Below are positions 52,562-63,345 of a DNA stretch of 64,000 nucleotides, piece after piece. Numbering within the stretch: the stretch's first letter is position 1; each line of letters opens with the position of its first letter. Source of the DNA: Bryobacterales bacterium (lineage in GTDB: Bacteria; Acidobacteriota; Terriglobia; Bryobacterales; UBA6623); assembly GCA_965226215.1 (NCBI GenBank), contig CBDDCH010000002.1:3413228-3477227 (forward strand). Direction: 5' to 3'. The position numbers and the translations under genes were made by a program. The notes beneath the pieces were generated by a model that saw only the letters and a list, made by a program, of their open reading frames with translations, was not told where the DNA came from and made no database searches.

Positions 52562-53599
52562 GTGACAGCTAAGAAAGCACTTTCCCTACCGTGTCTTGAC
52601 CCAACTCCGGAAGACGTGTTTCTGCATCGCAGACGATTCGTGAAAGGCCTGTCGCTCGCCGGAGCTGCGATGATGATGGCTCCTGGGGTGCGAGAGATCA
52701 CAGCCCAGGACGTCTCGACGATGGATCCACTTGCTGTACCGTTGAGCCGCCCGGACGTCTTCCCCGCGAAACGAAATCCGAAATTCGATCCGAAGGGCGT
52801 CAAACTAACGAAAAGACTGATGGCGGCGATTCACAACAATTTTTATGAGTTTCTCCCCGGCCGCGGGGGACCCGTCTGGCAGTTCACGGAAAAATTCAAA
52901 ATCGAACCTTGGAAAGTCGAAGTGAGCGGCGAATGCAATAAACCACGCACGTTCGACCTAGACGATCTTTTCAAGTTCGAGCACGAAGAGAGGATCTACC
53001 ACTTTCGCTGCGTGGAAACTTGGGCTATGAACATTCCATGGACAGGGTTCCCGCTCAAGAAGCTGTTAGAGGCGGTGGATCCCAAGAGCACGGCGCGACA
53101 CGTGCGATTCATCACGGCTTACAAGTCCAACGAGATGCCGGGTGTATCGGAGAAGGATTATCCGTGGCCGTACTTCGAGGCGCTGCGGATGGACGAGGCC
53201 ATGCACGATCTGACGATGGTTGTCACGGGAGTGTATGGGAAACCTCTGCTCAAGCAGCATGGAGCGCCGGTGCGAACGATTGTTCCCTGGAAGTACGGCT
53301 ACAAGTCTCCCAAGTCCATCGTAAAAATCCAGCTCGTAAAGAAAAAACCGGGGACCTTCTGGTCCGCCGGGCCGTACAAACATGAGTACGGTTATTTCAG
53401 CAACGTTAACCCGAACATACCGCACCCCCGCTGGTCGCAAGAGTGGGACTACATGCTTGTGCCGAACGCCCGTCCTCGCAAGGGGCCACGACGGCCTACC
53501 GAGATCTTCAACGGCTACGGCGAGTTGGTAGCGAGCCTCTATCCGGATGAGCCCCGAACGCTCCAGAAGCCGCTACGTCCGGGGCAGGTCGCGCGGTAG
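52562..53599 (+). CDS. msrP: Protein-methionine-sulfoxide reductase catalytic subunit (molybdoenzyme)
   Basis: GTG after GAGGAGG; TPEDVFLHRRRFVKG Tat motif, HNNFYEF, HFRCVETW, GAPVRTIVPWKYGYKSPKSI, HPRWSQ, FNGYG. Confidence 0.9.
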   Translation: MTAKKALSLPCLDPTPEDVFLHRRRFVKGLSLAGAAMMMAPGVREITAQDVSTMDPLAVPLSRPDVFPAKRNPKFDPKGVKLTKRLMAAIHNNFYEFLPGRGGPVWQFTEKFKIEPWKVEVSGECNKPRTFDLDDLFKFEHEERIYHFRCVETWAMNIPWTGFPLKKLLEAVDPKSTARHVRFITAYKSNEMPGVSEKDYPWPYFEALRMDEAMHDLTMVVTGVYGKPLLKQHGAPVRTIVPWKYGYKSPKSIVKIQLVKKKPGTFWSAGPYKHEYGYFSNVNPNIPHPRWSQEWDYMLVPNARPRKGPRRPTEIFNGYGELVASLYPDEPRTLQKPLRPGQVAR

Positions 53600-53827
53600 A
53601 CGGCTTCGATCTAAGCGGTTCTAAACAAGTCAATGAAAGGGTCGAGGATGGAAAGTGTGGTGCGGGCCGCCATAGGAGGCTCGTTCACGACATTGGCGGA
53701 AGTCCTGAGGTATAACATCGGGGTACCTGCGCTCTGGAGGCGTTACTCGAGAAATACCTTGAAGCAAACCTCCGGGAGCCGGAAGAAGACCGCTCTCCCC
53801 GCAGTAGAAGGGGGTCCGATGAAGGCC

Positions 53828-55241
53828 GAGATATTGTCAAATGTTGTGGATGGGCGAGGTCAGGCGGCGTTTTCCTGAACCATCAATCCATCCTTGAAAA
53901 CCTTTCCCTCTAAGACATGAACAATCACTTCCGAACCGTTCAGGCGTCGCCAGTGGCGCTCGGCTTGGCGGGCCAGCATGAAGACCATCGTTAACGACGC
54001 TTCGCGGCTGCCACAACCCTTCGTTCGTCGCTGCCGCAAACGGACCGTCGCAAAGGTGGACTCGATCGGGTTCGTCGTCCGCAAGTGCCCCCAGTGCTCG
54101 GCCGGAAAGTCGTAGAAAGCCAGCAGCACTTGGCGGTCTTTTTCCAGGCACTCGACCGCTTTGGGGAACTTCTTCTCGTATAGGTTCTTGAAACGGTCCA
54201 GAGCGGCCTCCGCCGTCTGCCGACTCTCGGCAAGATAGATGTCGCGCAGCGCCTGCTTGGCTTTGCCCTGCATGCTCTGCGGCAGCTTATTGAGCACGTT
54301 GGCCGTCTTGTGGAGCCAGCAGCGTTGCTCACCGGTCGCCGGATAGACTTTCCGCAGTGCCGCCCAAAACCCCATCGCTCCGTCGCCCACCGCCAACTTC
54401 GGCGGCAGCTCGAGCCCCTGCCGTTTCAAGTCCTCCAGCAACTCCTGCCACGACAGTTCGCTTTCGCGAAAGCCGTCGTGCACCGCCAGCAGTTGCTTGC
54501 GACCGTCTTCGAGTGCTCCCATCACAACCAGCAAACACTGCCGTTCATCGTCCAGACGAACATTCGAGTAGATGCCATCGGCCCAAATGTAAACAAACCG
54601 CTGGCCGCTGAGGTCACGCTTTGACCAAGCCTCGTACTCGCGGCGCCAGACGTCTTTGAGACGCACCACCGTCGTCGCCGACAGGCCCGGAGCGTCGGGC
54701 CCCAGCAAGGCCTCCAGCGCTTCGCTGAAATCGCCCGTCGAGATCCCTTTCAGGTACAACCAGGGGATCAACTCCTCCACACTCTTCGTGCGCCGCAGAT
54801 ACGGCGGCAGGATCTGGGAAGTGAAACGAAAGCGCCGGCCCTGCTCATCGACTCGGCGATCGTCGACCCGCGGCGCCTGGATCTTCAGCTGACCCACGCC
54901 GCTGACGATGGTGCGCTCGCGGGCGTGACCGTTGCGCACCACCAGCCGCCGGCCGTCCTGGTCGACTTCGTGCTGATGCGTTTCGATGTAGGCGGTCACT
55001 TCGGCTTCCACGGCCTTGACGAGCATCTGGCGCGCTCCTTGGCGCAGCACCTCATCCAAGGGCGAGCGTTCCTTTCCATCAATGACTTGGGGGTTGACTT
55101 GACTGCTGCTCTCAGCAGCTTCACACTGACTCATGGCGTATCCTCCTTGTTCCTTTCCAGAAAACGATTGAGTTGCTTCCTCAATCGTCAGGATACGCCG
55201 CCTCCCCTCAGAGGCTCATCCACAACTTCTGGTTATAGCTC
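53828..55241 (-). mobile_element. IS256-family element, copy 3 (1414 bp), 9-bp TSD ATGAAGGCC
   Basis: Perfect TSD at 53819-53827 and 55242-55250; same TIRs. Confidence 0.95.
53860..55134 (-). CDS. IS256-family transposase
   Basis: Protein identical to copy 1. Confidence 0.95.
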   Translation of the reverse strand: MSQCEAAESSSQVNPQVIDGKERSPLDEVLRQGARQMLVKAVEAEVTAYIETHQHEVDQDGRRLVVRNGHARERTIVSGVGQLKIQAPRVDDRRVDEQGRRFRFTSQILPPYLRRTKSVEELIPWLYLKGISTGDFSEALEALLGPDAPGLSATTVVRLKDVWRREYEAWSKRDLSGQRFVYIWADGIYSNVRLDDERQCLLVVMGALEDGRKQLLAVHDGFRESELSWQELLEDLKRQGLELPPKLAVGDGAMGFWAALRKVYPATGEQRCWLHKTANVLNKLPQSMQGKAKQALRDIYLAESRQTAEAALDRFKNLYEKKFPKAVECLEKDRQVLLAFYDFPAEHWGHLRTTNPIESTFATVRLRQRRTKGCGSREASLTMVFMLARQAERHWRRLNGSEVIVHVLEGKVFKDGLMVQENAA

Positions 55242-55289
55242 ATGAAGGCCACGGCGTACCGTTATCAGCCGGCAGCAGGGGAGTCGCAC

Positions 55290-56814
55290 GACAGTGAACC
55301 CCAATCGTGAGACCGTCAGTTAAGGGGGTGGTCGCCGTTGGCTGCAAAAGTATTGCCCGGCGGGGTTGATGGGATCCACTCTGGAAGTAGCTGAGCCGAG
55401 GATAGGGCCATGCGGGGACGCAAGCCGAGCGCCGACTCAGTCGCCGGAATGGCCGGGGGCGGCTGCGGCCGCCTCCCCAAGCAGTCATTCTGGCCCCCAG
55501 GCGATAAATCCCGGGGGTTTGGGGGCGGCGCCCCCAACCAAAGATGTTGTCGCGCAGCGACCTCATGGCACTTCCCTCGCCTGTTGCTCGAACTCGGCCG
55601 GGGGCACATAGCCCCGTGCCGAGTGGAGCCGTTTTTCGTTGTACACGCGTTCGATGAATGCACCGATCGATGCGTAGGCATCCGCCAAGTCTCGATATTC
55701 GCTGCGGTAGACTTCCTCCTATTTGAGCGTTTTCATGAAACTCTCGGCCTGGGCGTTGTCGTAGGGGTTTGCCTTGCGACTCATGCTGCTGGTGATACGG
55801 TACTGCTGCAGCCCATCTGTGTAGGCCGCAGAGACATACGGCACGCCGCGGTCGGAGTGATGCGTCAGCCCCGGCGCCGGTTGCCGCTGCCGCAGCGCCA
55901 TGCGTAAGGCCGAAAGGGTCAACTCGGCTTGCAAAGTGCGGCCCAGAGCCCAGCCCATCACCCGCCGCGAATAGGCGTCCCACGGCACGGCCAGGTAGAC
56001 GAACTCTCGGCGCAGCCGGATGTAGGTGATAGCGGCGACCCACAGCTGGTTCACCGCGCTGAGGGTGATCTCGCGCGCCAGATGCGGATACAGCGGCAGA
56101 GAGTGGCGCGAATCGGTCGTGACCAAGAAGGACTTGTGCCGCAAACAAAGCAGATTGTCCCGGCGCATTAGGCGCAGAACTCGCTTGTGATTCACCTGGA
56201 ACCCGCGTCGGTTCAGCTCCGCCGTGATGCGACGGTACCCATAGCGGGGAAACTCGAGTGCGATCTGTTGCCTCGTGTCGCGCAACTCCATCTCGACCGC
56301 ATCGCCGGGCGGCTGCGTGCGCCAACGATAGAAACCGGCCAGGCTCAGCCCCGTCATCTGGCACAGTGCCCTCACGACTTGCCCTTGTCCTTTCTCAACT
56401 GTTTGCCGGATTTCTTCCAACAGGCAGCCTCGCCACTGACGACGGCCGGCGGGTGATGCTCCTGAAATGCTCGCAGGCTTTTTGTAAAAGTCGTCTCCAT
56501 CGTCAGCTGACCGATCTTGCGCTCCAGCTCCCCGATCCGCTGCAGCTCAGGGAAGCCTCGAGATACACCTCGCCGCCCATTGCCGGGGAAGGCCAGCTCA
56601 CCCCGCGCTCGCCATTCGCTGCGCCTGCGCTCCAACAACTTGGGGCTCAGCTCCAGCTGCCGAGCCACCTCGCTGATCGTACGTCCGCTGTTGATCTCTC
56701 GCATCGCCGCGACTTTCAATTCGCGGCTGTACATTCGTCGGCCCAAATCCATACCTCTCTCATTCAATGTATTTGGTCCCTTAACTCTGTGTCTCATTTT
56801 TGGGGTGCACTCCA
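55290..56814 (-). mobile_element. Degenerate IS3-family element (orfA/orfB broken)
   Basis: Ends TGGAGTGCACCCCAAAAATGAGAC / (GAC)AGTGAACCCCAATCGTGAGAC; orfA (MDLGRRMYSRELKVAAM..RIGELERKIGQ) from 56752; orfB with YGYRRITAEL, HHSDRG, DNAQAESFMKTLK and stops/frameshifts. Confidence 0.85.
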
Positions 56815-57041
56815 TTGACGCCCCCATCCCCCCTGGATCCCGCCTGGCACTGTAGGGACTGGGAGAGTCAAGTTCGGGGATCGAGCCGATCGAGCCCCAA
56901 TGTGAGATAACCTGCGAAATGGCGGCGTTCTGCTGAGATTTGAGTAGGGCGGGCGAGCTGCTGGTTTTTCCCACTGAGAGCACCCGAACGCGACACCGAG
57001 ATTCAACACGCAACCGGACACCTGCCGGATGGAAGCGGTTC

Positions 57042-57885
57042 ATGTCCCCAAGACTACCGAGGATGCGAAGCTTCTCCCTACAGATGCCGCAGCGATCGCC
57101 GAGCGCTTGGTTCAGGCTTGTATTGGCGGTCGTCCTAGCTGTTCTTCTGATGCAGGCGTGCGAGCGGTGGCGGCGTGTAGAGGAGAAGCCCGATATCATC
57201 CTGATCCTGGTGGATGCCCTCCGGGCAGATTACCTGGGTTGTTATGGTTTTCAGGGCGAAATCTCTCCCGCGATGGACCGCTTAGCACTGGAGTCTATTG
57301 TCTACGACAGCGCGGTTGCCCCGTCCCCATGGACCAAGCCGTCCGTGACCTCCCTCTTTACCTCCCTGGATCCCCTCACACACAGGGTTGTCACTCACGA
57401 GAAGCATTTCTGGAAGGGGGTTCCGGCAAGCCAGAAAACGGACGCTCTCCCGAAAGAAGCGTGGACCCTAGCGGAGGCGCTCAAGGGACTGGGCTACGAA
57501 ACCGCAGCCTGGGTTACCAACCTTTGGATTAACGAACCCCAGTGGGGATTTAACCAGGGATTTGACCATTTCCAGGGTAGCTCGTGGGAGCGGGCGCACC
57601 GAATGATTCCCCAGATTCGGAAGTGGTGGAAGAACCGGGAGGAGAAACCGGAGGCGAAACGTCCCTTATTCTTGTACCTGCATTTCATGGACGTTCATGG
57701 CCCCCAATAACTCTACCCCGGAACTTATCGAAGAGTTCTCCCAAAGTCCATCCCTGGGCGATGACAGACTTCTCACTGAGCGCGAGTACAAGGCGATCGG
57801 CTACCTGGGCGATCGCACACACTGGAGGGATTCGGAGCAGGGGAAACTCCTGAAAAGCTGGAGAGCGGCCTACGCGGCTGAGCGC
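57042..57885 (+). pseudogene. Sulfatase-fold hydrolase/transferase, frameshifted and truncated
   Basis: PDIILILVDALRADYLGCYG, SPWTKPSVTSLFTS, LFLYLHFMDVHGP; frame change at ~57705; ends after WRAAYAAE. Confidence 0.8.
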
Positions 57886-57889
57886 CGTC

Positions 57890-58219
57890 GTCCGGCGCAC
57901 GAACGGGCGCGACAAAGCGGTAGCCACGTCCGGGGACCGTGACGATGTACTGGTGCTCGCCCGGGCTTTCCTGCAGCGCCTTTCTCAACACTGCGATGTT
58001 CTGAACGAGGCTGGCCTCTTCGACGATTCTGTCCGGCCAGAGACGCTTGAGCAGCTCGTCCTTGGTGAGCAACTTGCCGTGGTTTTCGATCAACAACAGC
58101 AGCGTGTCGAACACTTTGGCGGTGATCGAGACCGGCTCGCTGTCGCGCAGCAGAACACGCCGCATGGGGTCGGCGCGGAACGGAGCGAATTCGAAATAGC
58201 GCGGAGGCGGATCAGCCAT
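57890..58219 (-). pseudogene. Isolated OmpR/CadC-type winged-helix domain (probable truncated regulator)
   Basis: FEFAPFRAD..RRVLLR, LTKDELLKRLWPD..VEEASL.QNI..LRKAL, YIVTVPGRGYRF; runs directly into the sulfatase fragment. Confidence 0.75.
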
Positions 58220-58341
58220 GGCTTCGCCTTAGAAGTTCTTAGAAGATTTTAGACGACGCCGAGGACTTTTGAGGGCTAGAGGGTCAACGATCGTCCTCGA
58301 CAAGTCGAGAACATATTCCCAGGCTGTATTCCAAGGATGAA

Positions 58342-58661
58342 GTGGCGCACGCTTCAGGATGACGTGGCGCACGCTTTCAGCGTGCTGTGTCGCCATTCTT
58401 GGCGACATGTCTTTGGGGTGAACTGGGGCGAACCCCTCCTCCGCGTGATACGCCCGCGGAGCCGGGGGGAGGGTGAGGCGGCGCGGGTTAAGGCCTTGCA
58501 CGAGTTCGTGGCTGCACAGGAGCATTGCGGGTCAAGACAAGCTCGCGCGGCCGAGCGAGGAGTGGAGTCGGCTTGGTTGCTTGCCGATGCGGTTTGGCCG
58601 GGTGGAAGACGGGAAATGTCAGCACGAATGCCGACACGGCACGCAAGAATGCGTGCGCCAC
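58342..58661. repeat. REP family II inverted doublet (REPIN-like)
   Basis: gtggcgcacgctttcagcgtgctgtgtcgccattcttggcgaca (58364-58407, +) faces its reverse-complement counterpart at 58617-58661; partial extra copy at 58342. Confidence 0.65.
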
Positions 58662-58773
58662 GTCGGGTGGCGACCCTTTGGGGGTGGGGGTTGTTTCGGG
58701 CCGGGTGGGGGCTTTCCCCGGCGGTCGGGCTGTGAATTTACGGGTTGAATCTCTCAAGACGGAGGATGGCGAA

Positions 58774-61308
58774 ATGAAGCGACACGGAAACACTTCTCCC
58801 AAAACGGACGGCAGGCACATCGAGGGCATGCTTACTGACTTTGCGGCCAAGGGCTGCGTGGCAGCGTTGGCATTGTCGGTACTGTTGCCGCTCTTTTTGC
58901 TGACCGCCTGCCAAGACGGCCCCGCGCCCCTCACCGCCGAAGTCCCTCTCCACCTCGAAGACCATCTCGACGCCGCCGTCATCACCGGCTCGGAAGTGCC
59001 CAGCGACGTACCCGCGGCGGTCGAGTGGCGCTTCGACGAACCTCAGCCGGACTGGAAGCCGGTCGTGCCGCTTGTGCCGAGCATTAAGCCGGCCCGGGTC
59101 AAGCGCACGAAGGACAGCCTTCGTATCACCCTCACCAAGGAAACCGACTACAAGGGCTGGGACGGCCGCCCTCAACTCAGCGGCGGCATCTACGTCAACT
59201 TGCCCGATTGGCGGCGCGAGGAATGGGGCGACATCTTGATCCGGGCCCGCACGGCGGAAAAGATCGAGGGGATTCGAGTCGGGTTTAACCTCCGCGAAAA
59301 AATTGGTTCCGAACCCGGGGAGGGAGGGACTGTGCTGTCTTTCAGCCCTCATGTCCCGGTGATTCGGGACGGCACCGAGCAAACCTACGTCATGCGCACC
59401 GATTGGTCCGTGAACTACAGAGGGGAGCAATGGAAAGGCCCCTGGCGGCAGTCGGTCGTCTTTTTCCAGTCTCACGAGCCGGCAAGCATCGACATCCTCT
59501 CGATCAGCGTCGTTCCCAAGGAGGCACGTTTTGCCGGCGGCCCGCTGGGCGTGAAGACCGAGGCCCGAGACCAGCTTTACCGGCGGACGCTTTACAACCA
59601 CGCGCCTTCCAAGATTCAATATCGCGTGCGCGTCCCCGAAGCGGGTCGGCTGGACGTAAATCTCGGCGTTCTCCGCGACGACTTTCCCGTCACTTTTCGG
59701 GTCACGGCCCAAACGGACGGACAAGCCCTGGAGCACCTTTTCGAAGAATCCTATTCCGACGAGAAGCATTGGGGTAGGCGCAGCGTGGACCTGGCACATC
59801 TTGCCGGAAAGGAGGTCGCGCTGACGCTTGCAACCGAGGCGGAGCGATCGGGAACCGTGGCGCTGTGGGCGGCTCCGACGTTGAGCGGCGCTCGCGCCAC
59901 AAAGAAGCCGAACGTCATTTTCTACATCATCGATGGGGCGGGCGCCGACTACATGAGCGTCTACGGATACAACCGCCGCACCACCCCCAACATGGAACGC
60001 CTGGCCGCCGAGGGCGTGGTTTTCGAGCACGCCTACAGCAACTCATCTTGGACCCGGCCCTCGACGCTCTCGTTCCTAACGGGCCTGCAACACAGCGCCA
60101 TGGGAGGGATGAGACACAACCGTAATTCCCCGCCCGACGGGGTGCTGACAATTCGGGAACACCTTCACAGCGACGGGTATCAGACGGCCTTGTTCACGTC
60201 CAATCCCAATGCCGCGACGATGAGCAAGCTCGACCGCGGGACGGATCTCTTGCGCGAGAGCGGCGTCGAGCCGACCTCCCCCTCGACGGAAGAACTCCAC
60301 GCGGATTTCTGGAAATGGCGGAACGAGTACCCAAGCGAGCCTTATTGGGTCCACTTCCAGACGACGGACGTTCACGGGCCGCACAACCCGCCGCCGCCGT
60401 TCTCGGGACTCTACGCCAACCCCGAGCGGCGCAAGTTACTGAAAGAGTGGGAACGCAAGCTCATGGGACCGGAGAACCGATGGTTCGGCGGTCCTTGGAG
60501 CGACCGGTTCGAAAAGACAGGCGTCGACCGGTTCGCTTTTTACAACACCGGGCGCGATCTCTACGCCGAGGCAATGGCCCACCAGGACTACCAAATCGGG
60601 CGGCTGGTGGAACGCCTCAGAGCCAAGGGCGAATGGGAAAACACGCTGCTGATTATCGCCGCCGACCATGGGGCGGACGCGGGTTCGATGGATTACGCCG
60701 TCGCGACTCTCGAAACCTTGCCGCCCAAGTGGCATCTCATGTTGCGGCCAGGAATTACTCGGATACCGATGATCTTCGTCTGGCCGGGGCGCATCAAGGG
60801 AGGGCAGCGCTTCCGCGACCCGGTCTCGATGATCGACATGCTGCCGACGATTCTTGATCTCGTCGGCTTGCCCCAACCCGAAGTGAAACAGGGGCAGTCG
60901 CTCGCGCCGCTGTTGCTGGGGAAACCGGGTTGGGAGCCGCGTCCGGTGATCCTCGATGAGTTCTATCAGGACGCGAACACGGGCAAGTTGTGCGGCCGAA
61001 TCGAAGTGCTCGACGACCGTTGGGGAGCGTCACTTGAGATCAACCAAGACCCGGAGAGCGACGATTGGAAAGAGTCTCGCGACCGCATGTACCCCGTGCC
61101 GCTCGTGCTGTACGACCGGTGGAATGACCCGAACTGCCTCAAGAGCGTCCACGAAGAGCACCCGGAGCTGGTGCGGAAGTACACCGAATTCCTGGAGGCG
61201 CAGTTCGAGGCGCATCAGTCACTGGCACAACACTTCACACGCGGCGAGGACTCGCCCCTCACCCCCGAGCAGCTTCGGACGTTGCGCTCGCTGGGCTACA
61301 TCCAGTAA
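58774..61308 (+). CDS. Lipoprotein with C-terminal sulfatase-fold (alkaline phosphatase superfamily) domain
   Basis: ATG 58774 after GGAGG; LLTAC lipobox; KPNVIFYIIDGAGADY, HAYSNSSWTRPS, DVHGP, IAADHG, VSMIDMLPTI; ends LRSLGYIQ. Confidence 0.85.
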   Translation: MKRHGNTSPKTDGRHIEGMLTDFAAKGCVAALALSVLLPLFLLTACQDGPAPLTAEVPLHLEDHLDAAVITGSEVPSDVPAAVEWRFDEPQPDWKPVVPLVPSIKPARVKRTKDSLRITLTKETDYKGWDGRPQLSGGIYVNLPDWRREEWGDILIRARTAEKIEGIRVGFNLREKIGSEPGEGGTVLSFSPHVPVIRDGTEQTYVMRTDWSVNYRGEQWKGPWRQSVVFFQSHEPASIDILSISVVPKEARFAGGPLGVKTEARDQLYRRTLYNHAPSKIQYRVRVPEAGRLDVNLGVLRDDFPVTFRVTAQTDGQALEHLFEESYSDEKHWGRRSVDLAHLAGKEVALTLATEAERSGTVALWAAPTLSGARATKKPNVIFYIIDGAGADYMSVYGYNRRTTPNMERLAAEGVVFEHAYSNSSWTRPSTLSFLTGLQHSAMGGMRHNRNSPPDGVLTIREHLHSDGYQTALFTSNPNAATMSKLDRGTDLLRESGVEPTSPSTEELHADFWKWRNEYPSEPYWVHFQTTDVHGPHNPPPPFSGLYANPERRKLLKEWERKLMGPENRWFGGPWSDRFEKTGVDRFAFYNTGRDLYAEAMAHQDYQIGRLVERLRAKGEWENTLLIIAADHGADAGSMDYAVATLETLPPKWHLMLRPGITRIPMIFVWPGRIKGGQRFRDPVSMIDMLPTILDLVGLPQPEVKQGQSLAPLLLGKPGWEPRPVILDEFYQDANTGKLCGRIEVLDDRWGASLEINQDPESDDWKESRDRMYPVPLVLYDRWNDPNCLKSVHEEHPELVRKYTEFLEAQFEAHQSLAQHFTRGEDSPLTPEQLRTLRSLGYIQ

Positions 61309-61448
61309 GCCGTAACCGTTGTTTCGTCAGGTATTGGGGTTACACAAGCCGCTCAATCAGTCGTGCTCGGTAATGTGAAACGGGCTTTCCGCCCATAGGT
61401 CTCACCTGGATGGCCGGTGGTTGAGGATAGCTGTTGCGAAATCTTAGT

Positions 61449-61516
61449 GTTGTATCGCAGGCGACCCGACAGGAAGAGGTTCGCCCGATGAGAGAGCGAG
61501 TCGCTTGCGATACAAC
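61449..61516. repeat. 68-bp mini inverted-repeat element
   Basis: Arms gttgtatcgcaggcgac / gtcgcttgcgatacaac (16 of 17 complementary); second partial copy at 28685-28743. Confidence 0.75.
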
Positions 61517-61621
61517 GATTTGAACTAAGCCTGACGGCAGATCCGGTGACAAGGATGCGGTCGGCCATGGTCTATACAGTAACAGCCCGGCGCGTGCATC
61601 GCCGGGTTCCGCTAGCGGTTC

Positions 61622-61777
61622 TAGCGTTAGAATCCGCCATGATTTTGGATGGCCGGGGACTTCAGGCGCGCCATGCCGCCCTTACGTTTCCAGGCCCCGA
61701 GAGATCCGAAGGGGGGCGGCATGCCGTGGCCACAAGATTTGCTGAATGTTAGTGTATTTACGAAACGCCGTACTTAG
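61622..61777. mobile_element. MITE-like element family B, copy 3 (left end unclear)
   Basis: cgccatgccgcccttacgtttcc ... ggggcggcatgccg REP pair; end gttagtgtatttacgaaacgccgtacttag is 25/30 identical to 6691-6720. Confidence 0.6.
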
Positions 61778-61963
61778 TTGATGAATTCGAGATCACGTAG
61801 TAGGATCGGACAGGCAAGGGTGCCTGTTTCACCCGGGGATCATGGACAGTCGCAGACCATTGAAGTCTTACATGAAGTTTTACGTTGCCGTTGCGGCCGG
61901 ACAAACGGGAACGCCCGTGCCACAGCTGACCCCGGCTGACCGCGAAGGGTGGGTTCCGGAGCA

Positions 61964-62851
61964 GTGAACGCCGCGCCAAAAGACACGGTCTCACCGCTGC
62001 GCCTTTCTGAATGGCTGCTGATCGCGTATTTCACATACGTCGCGTTCTTGAGTTTGGTCTTGCCGGTCGACTGGTGGGTGGCCGGCTACACCTGGGGCGT
62101 GAACCTGATTGTGCTGGCGGGCCTGTCTTCACTCTCCCGGGCCGACAGGGTAACCGGATGGCCGGTCTGGGCAGTTCTGCGCGACTGGCTGCCGGTAGCG
62201 CTCGTCGTCGTTGCTTACAACGAGATGGGCTGGTTTGCACCGGCGGAACACACCTATGAACTTGAAAGCAGCTGGATCCAATGGGACAGGGTGCTGCTTC
62301 ACGATTGGGGGCTCAAGGCGGCGATTGAGTCAACGGGCGCGTGGTTGCCGTCTGTACTGGAGCTTTCCTACTCGCTCGTCTACGTCGTTGGACCGATCGG
62401 CCTAGCCGCACTCTACCGGTACTCCTCTCGCACGGAGGCCGACCGCTTCCTCGTCATTCTCCTGCTAGGGACGTTCCTCTCCTACGCCCTCTATCCGTTT
62501 TTCCCATCCGAGCCTCCGCGCACGGTGTTCCCTGGTGAGGATGCCCCGGCGATCGACACCGTCTTCCGCCGGTTCAACTGGTGGCTTCTTGGCGGCGGAG
62601 GCATCCACACGAGTGTGTTCCCTAGCGGACATGTATCCCACGCCTTCGCAGGGGCGTTTGGAATGTTGCAGGTGTTGCCACAGCATCGCTGGGTGGGCCG
62701 AGCGCTGGTTGGCCTGGCCATTTCAATCGCCTTGGCGACGGTATACGGTCGCTATCACTACGCAGTGGACGCGGTCGCGGGCTTGGGCGTCGCCCTGGCG
62801 GCCCTGTGGATCAGCATGACCCTAGACCGGCGAACGGACGGCGGACGCTGA
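61964..62851 (+). CDS. PAP2-superfamily membrane phosphatase/phosphotransferase (AUR1/IPC-synthase-like)
   Basis: Multiple TM helices, FPSEPPR, SVFPSGHVS, YGRYHYAVD. Confidence 0.85.
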   Translation: MNAAPKDTVSPLRLSEWLLIAYFTYVAFLSLVLPVDWWVAGYTWGVNLIVLAGLSSLSRADRVTGWPVWAVLRDWLPVALVVVAYNEMGWFAPAEHTYELESSWIQWDRVLLHDWGLKAAIESTGAWLPSVLELSYSLVYVVGPIGLAALYRYSSRTEADRFLVILLLGTFLSYALYPFFPSEPPRTVFPGEDAPAIDTVFRRFNWWLLGGGGIHTSVFPSGHVSHAFAGAFGMLQVLPQHRWVGRALVGLAISIALATVYGRYHYAVDAVAGLGVALAALWISMTLDRRTDGGR

Positions 62852-62962
62852 CAGCCCGACGTGAGCCTGCGGTCGATGGGCAGCTCGGGTGCCACAAAAA
62901 AGTAGCACGTTGGGCTTGAACGTGCGACCTAGTTCGATCGCGAGAAACGCCCGCTAGGCCCG

Positions 62963-63235
62963 CCCGAGATTCGGTATCATTGCCGGAACGCCGTCGGCCA
63001 AGAGAAGGAAGCAATACTGGCTCGTCAAGTCCGAGCCTTTCAACCTAGATCGGGAGTTGGACGGCAGCTTGGGGGAGGCAAGTAGTTGATACTGGAGCCG
63101 ATGGCAGAGAAAAAGCGAGCCCGGCAGCTTCACCCACAAGGAGCGGCCCCCGGCGAGACCGAAGCCGGCCACCGAGCCGTAGGAACCGTGGAGACCTACG
63201 GCCGCCCGGTGCGCCTGCGCTGGGACCCCGACGGG
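62963..63235 (+). pseudogene. IS1380-like transposase 5' remnant
   Basis: HPQG...VETYGRPVRLRWDPD resembles IS1380-family N-termini; possible left end cccgagattcgg at 62963. Family assignment from memory. Confidence 0.5.
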
Positions 63236-63342
63236 GTGTTTAAGGTGGACGTGAGAGCCGGTTTGTTGGTGGATGTAAAAGCCGCCCTTTGCAGGGCACG
63301 GAGAATTTGCCTGGGTTTGAGGGAAGCTAACTTGGGCCACAT
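63232..63342 (-). pseudogene. hicA: HicA toxin, frameshifted and truncated
   Basis: MWPKLASLKPRQILRALQR then (frame shift) GFYIHQQTGSHVHLKHP, with the HicA GSH motif; the C-terminal half is replaced by the IS1380 remnant. Confidence 0.75.
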
Positions 63343-63345
63343 GCC

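Noticed and set aside
58525-58773. 83-aa N-terminal extension of the 927-aa sulfatase-fold ORF
   Set aside because: Reads through a REP copy; the RBS and lipoprotein signal support a start at or after 58774.
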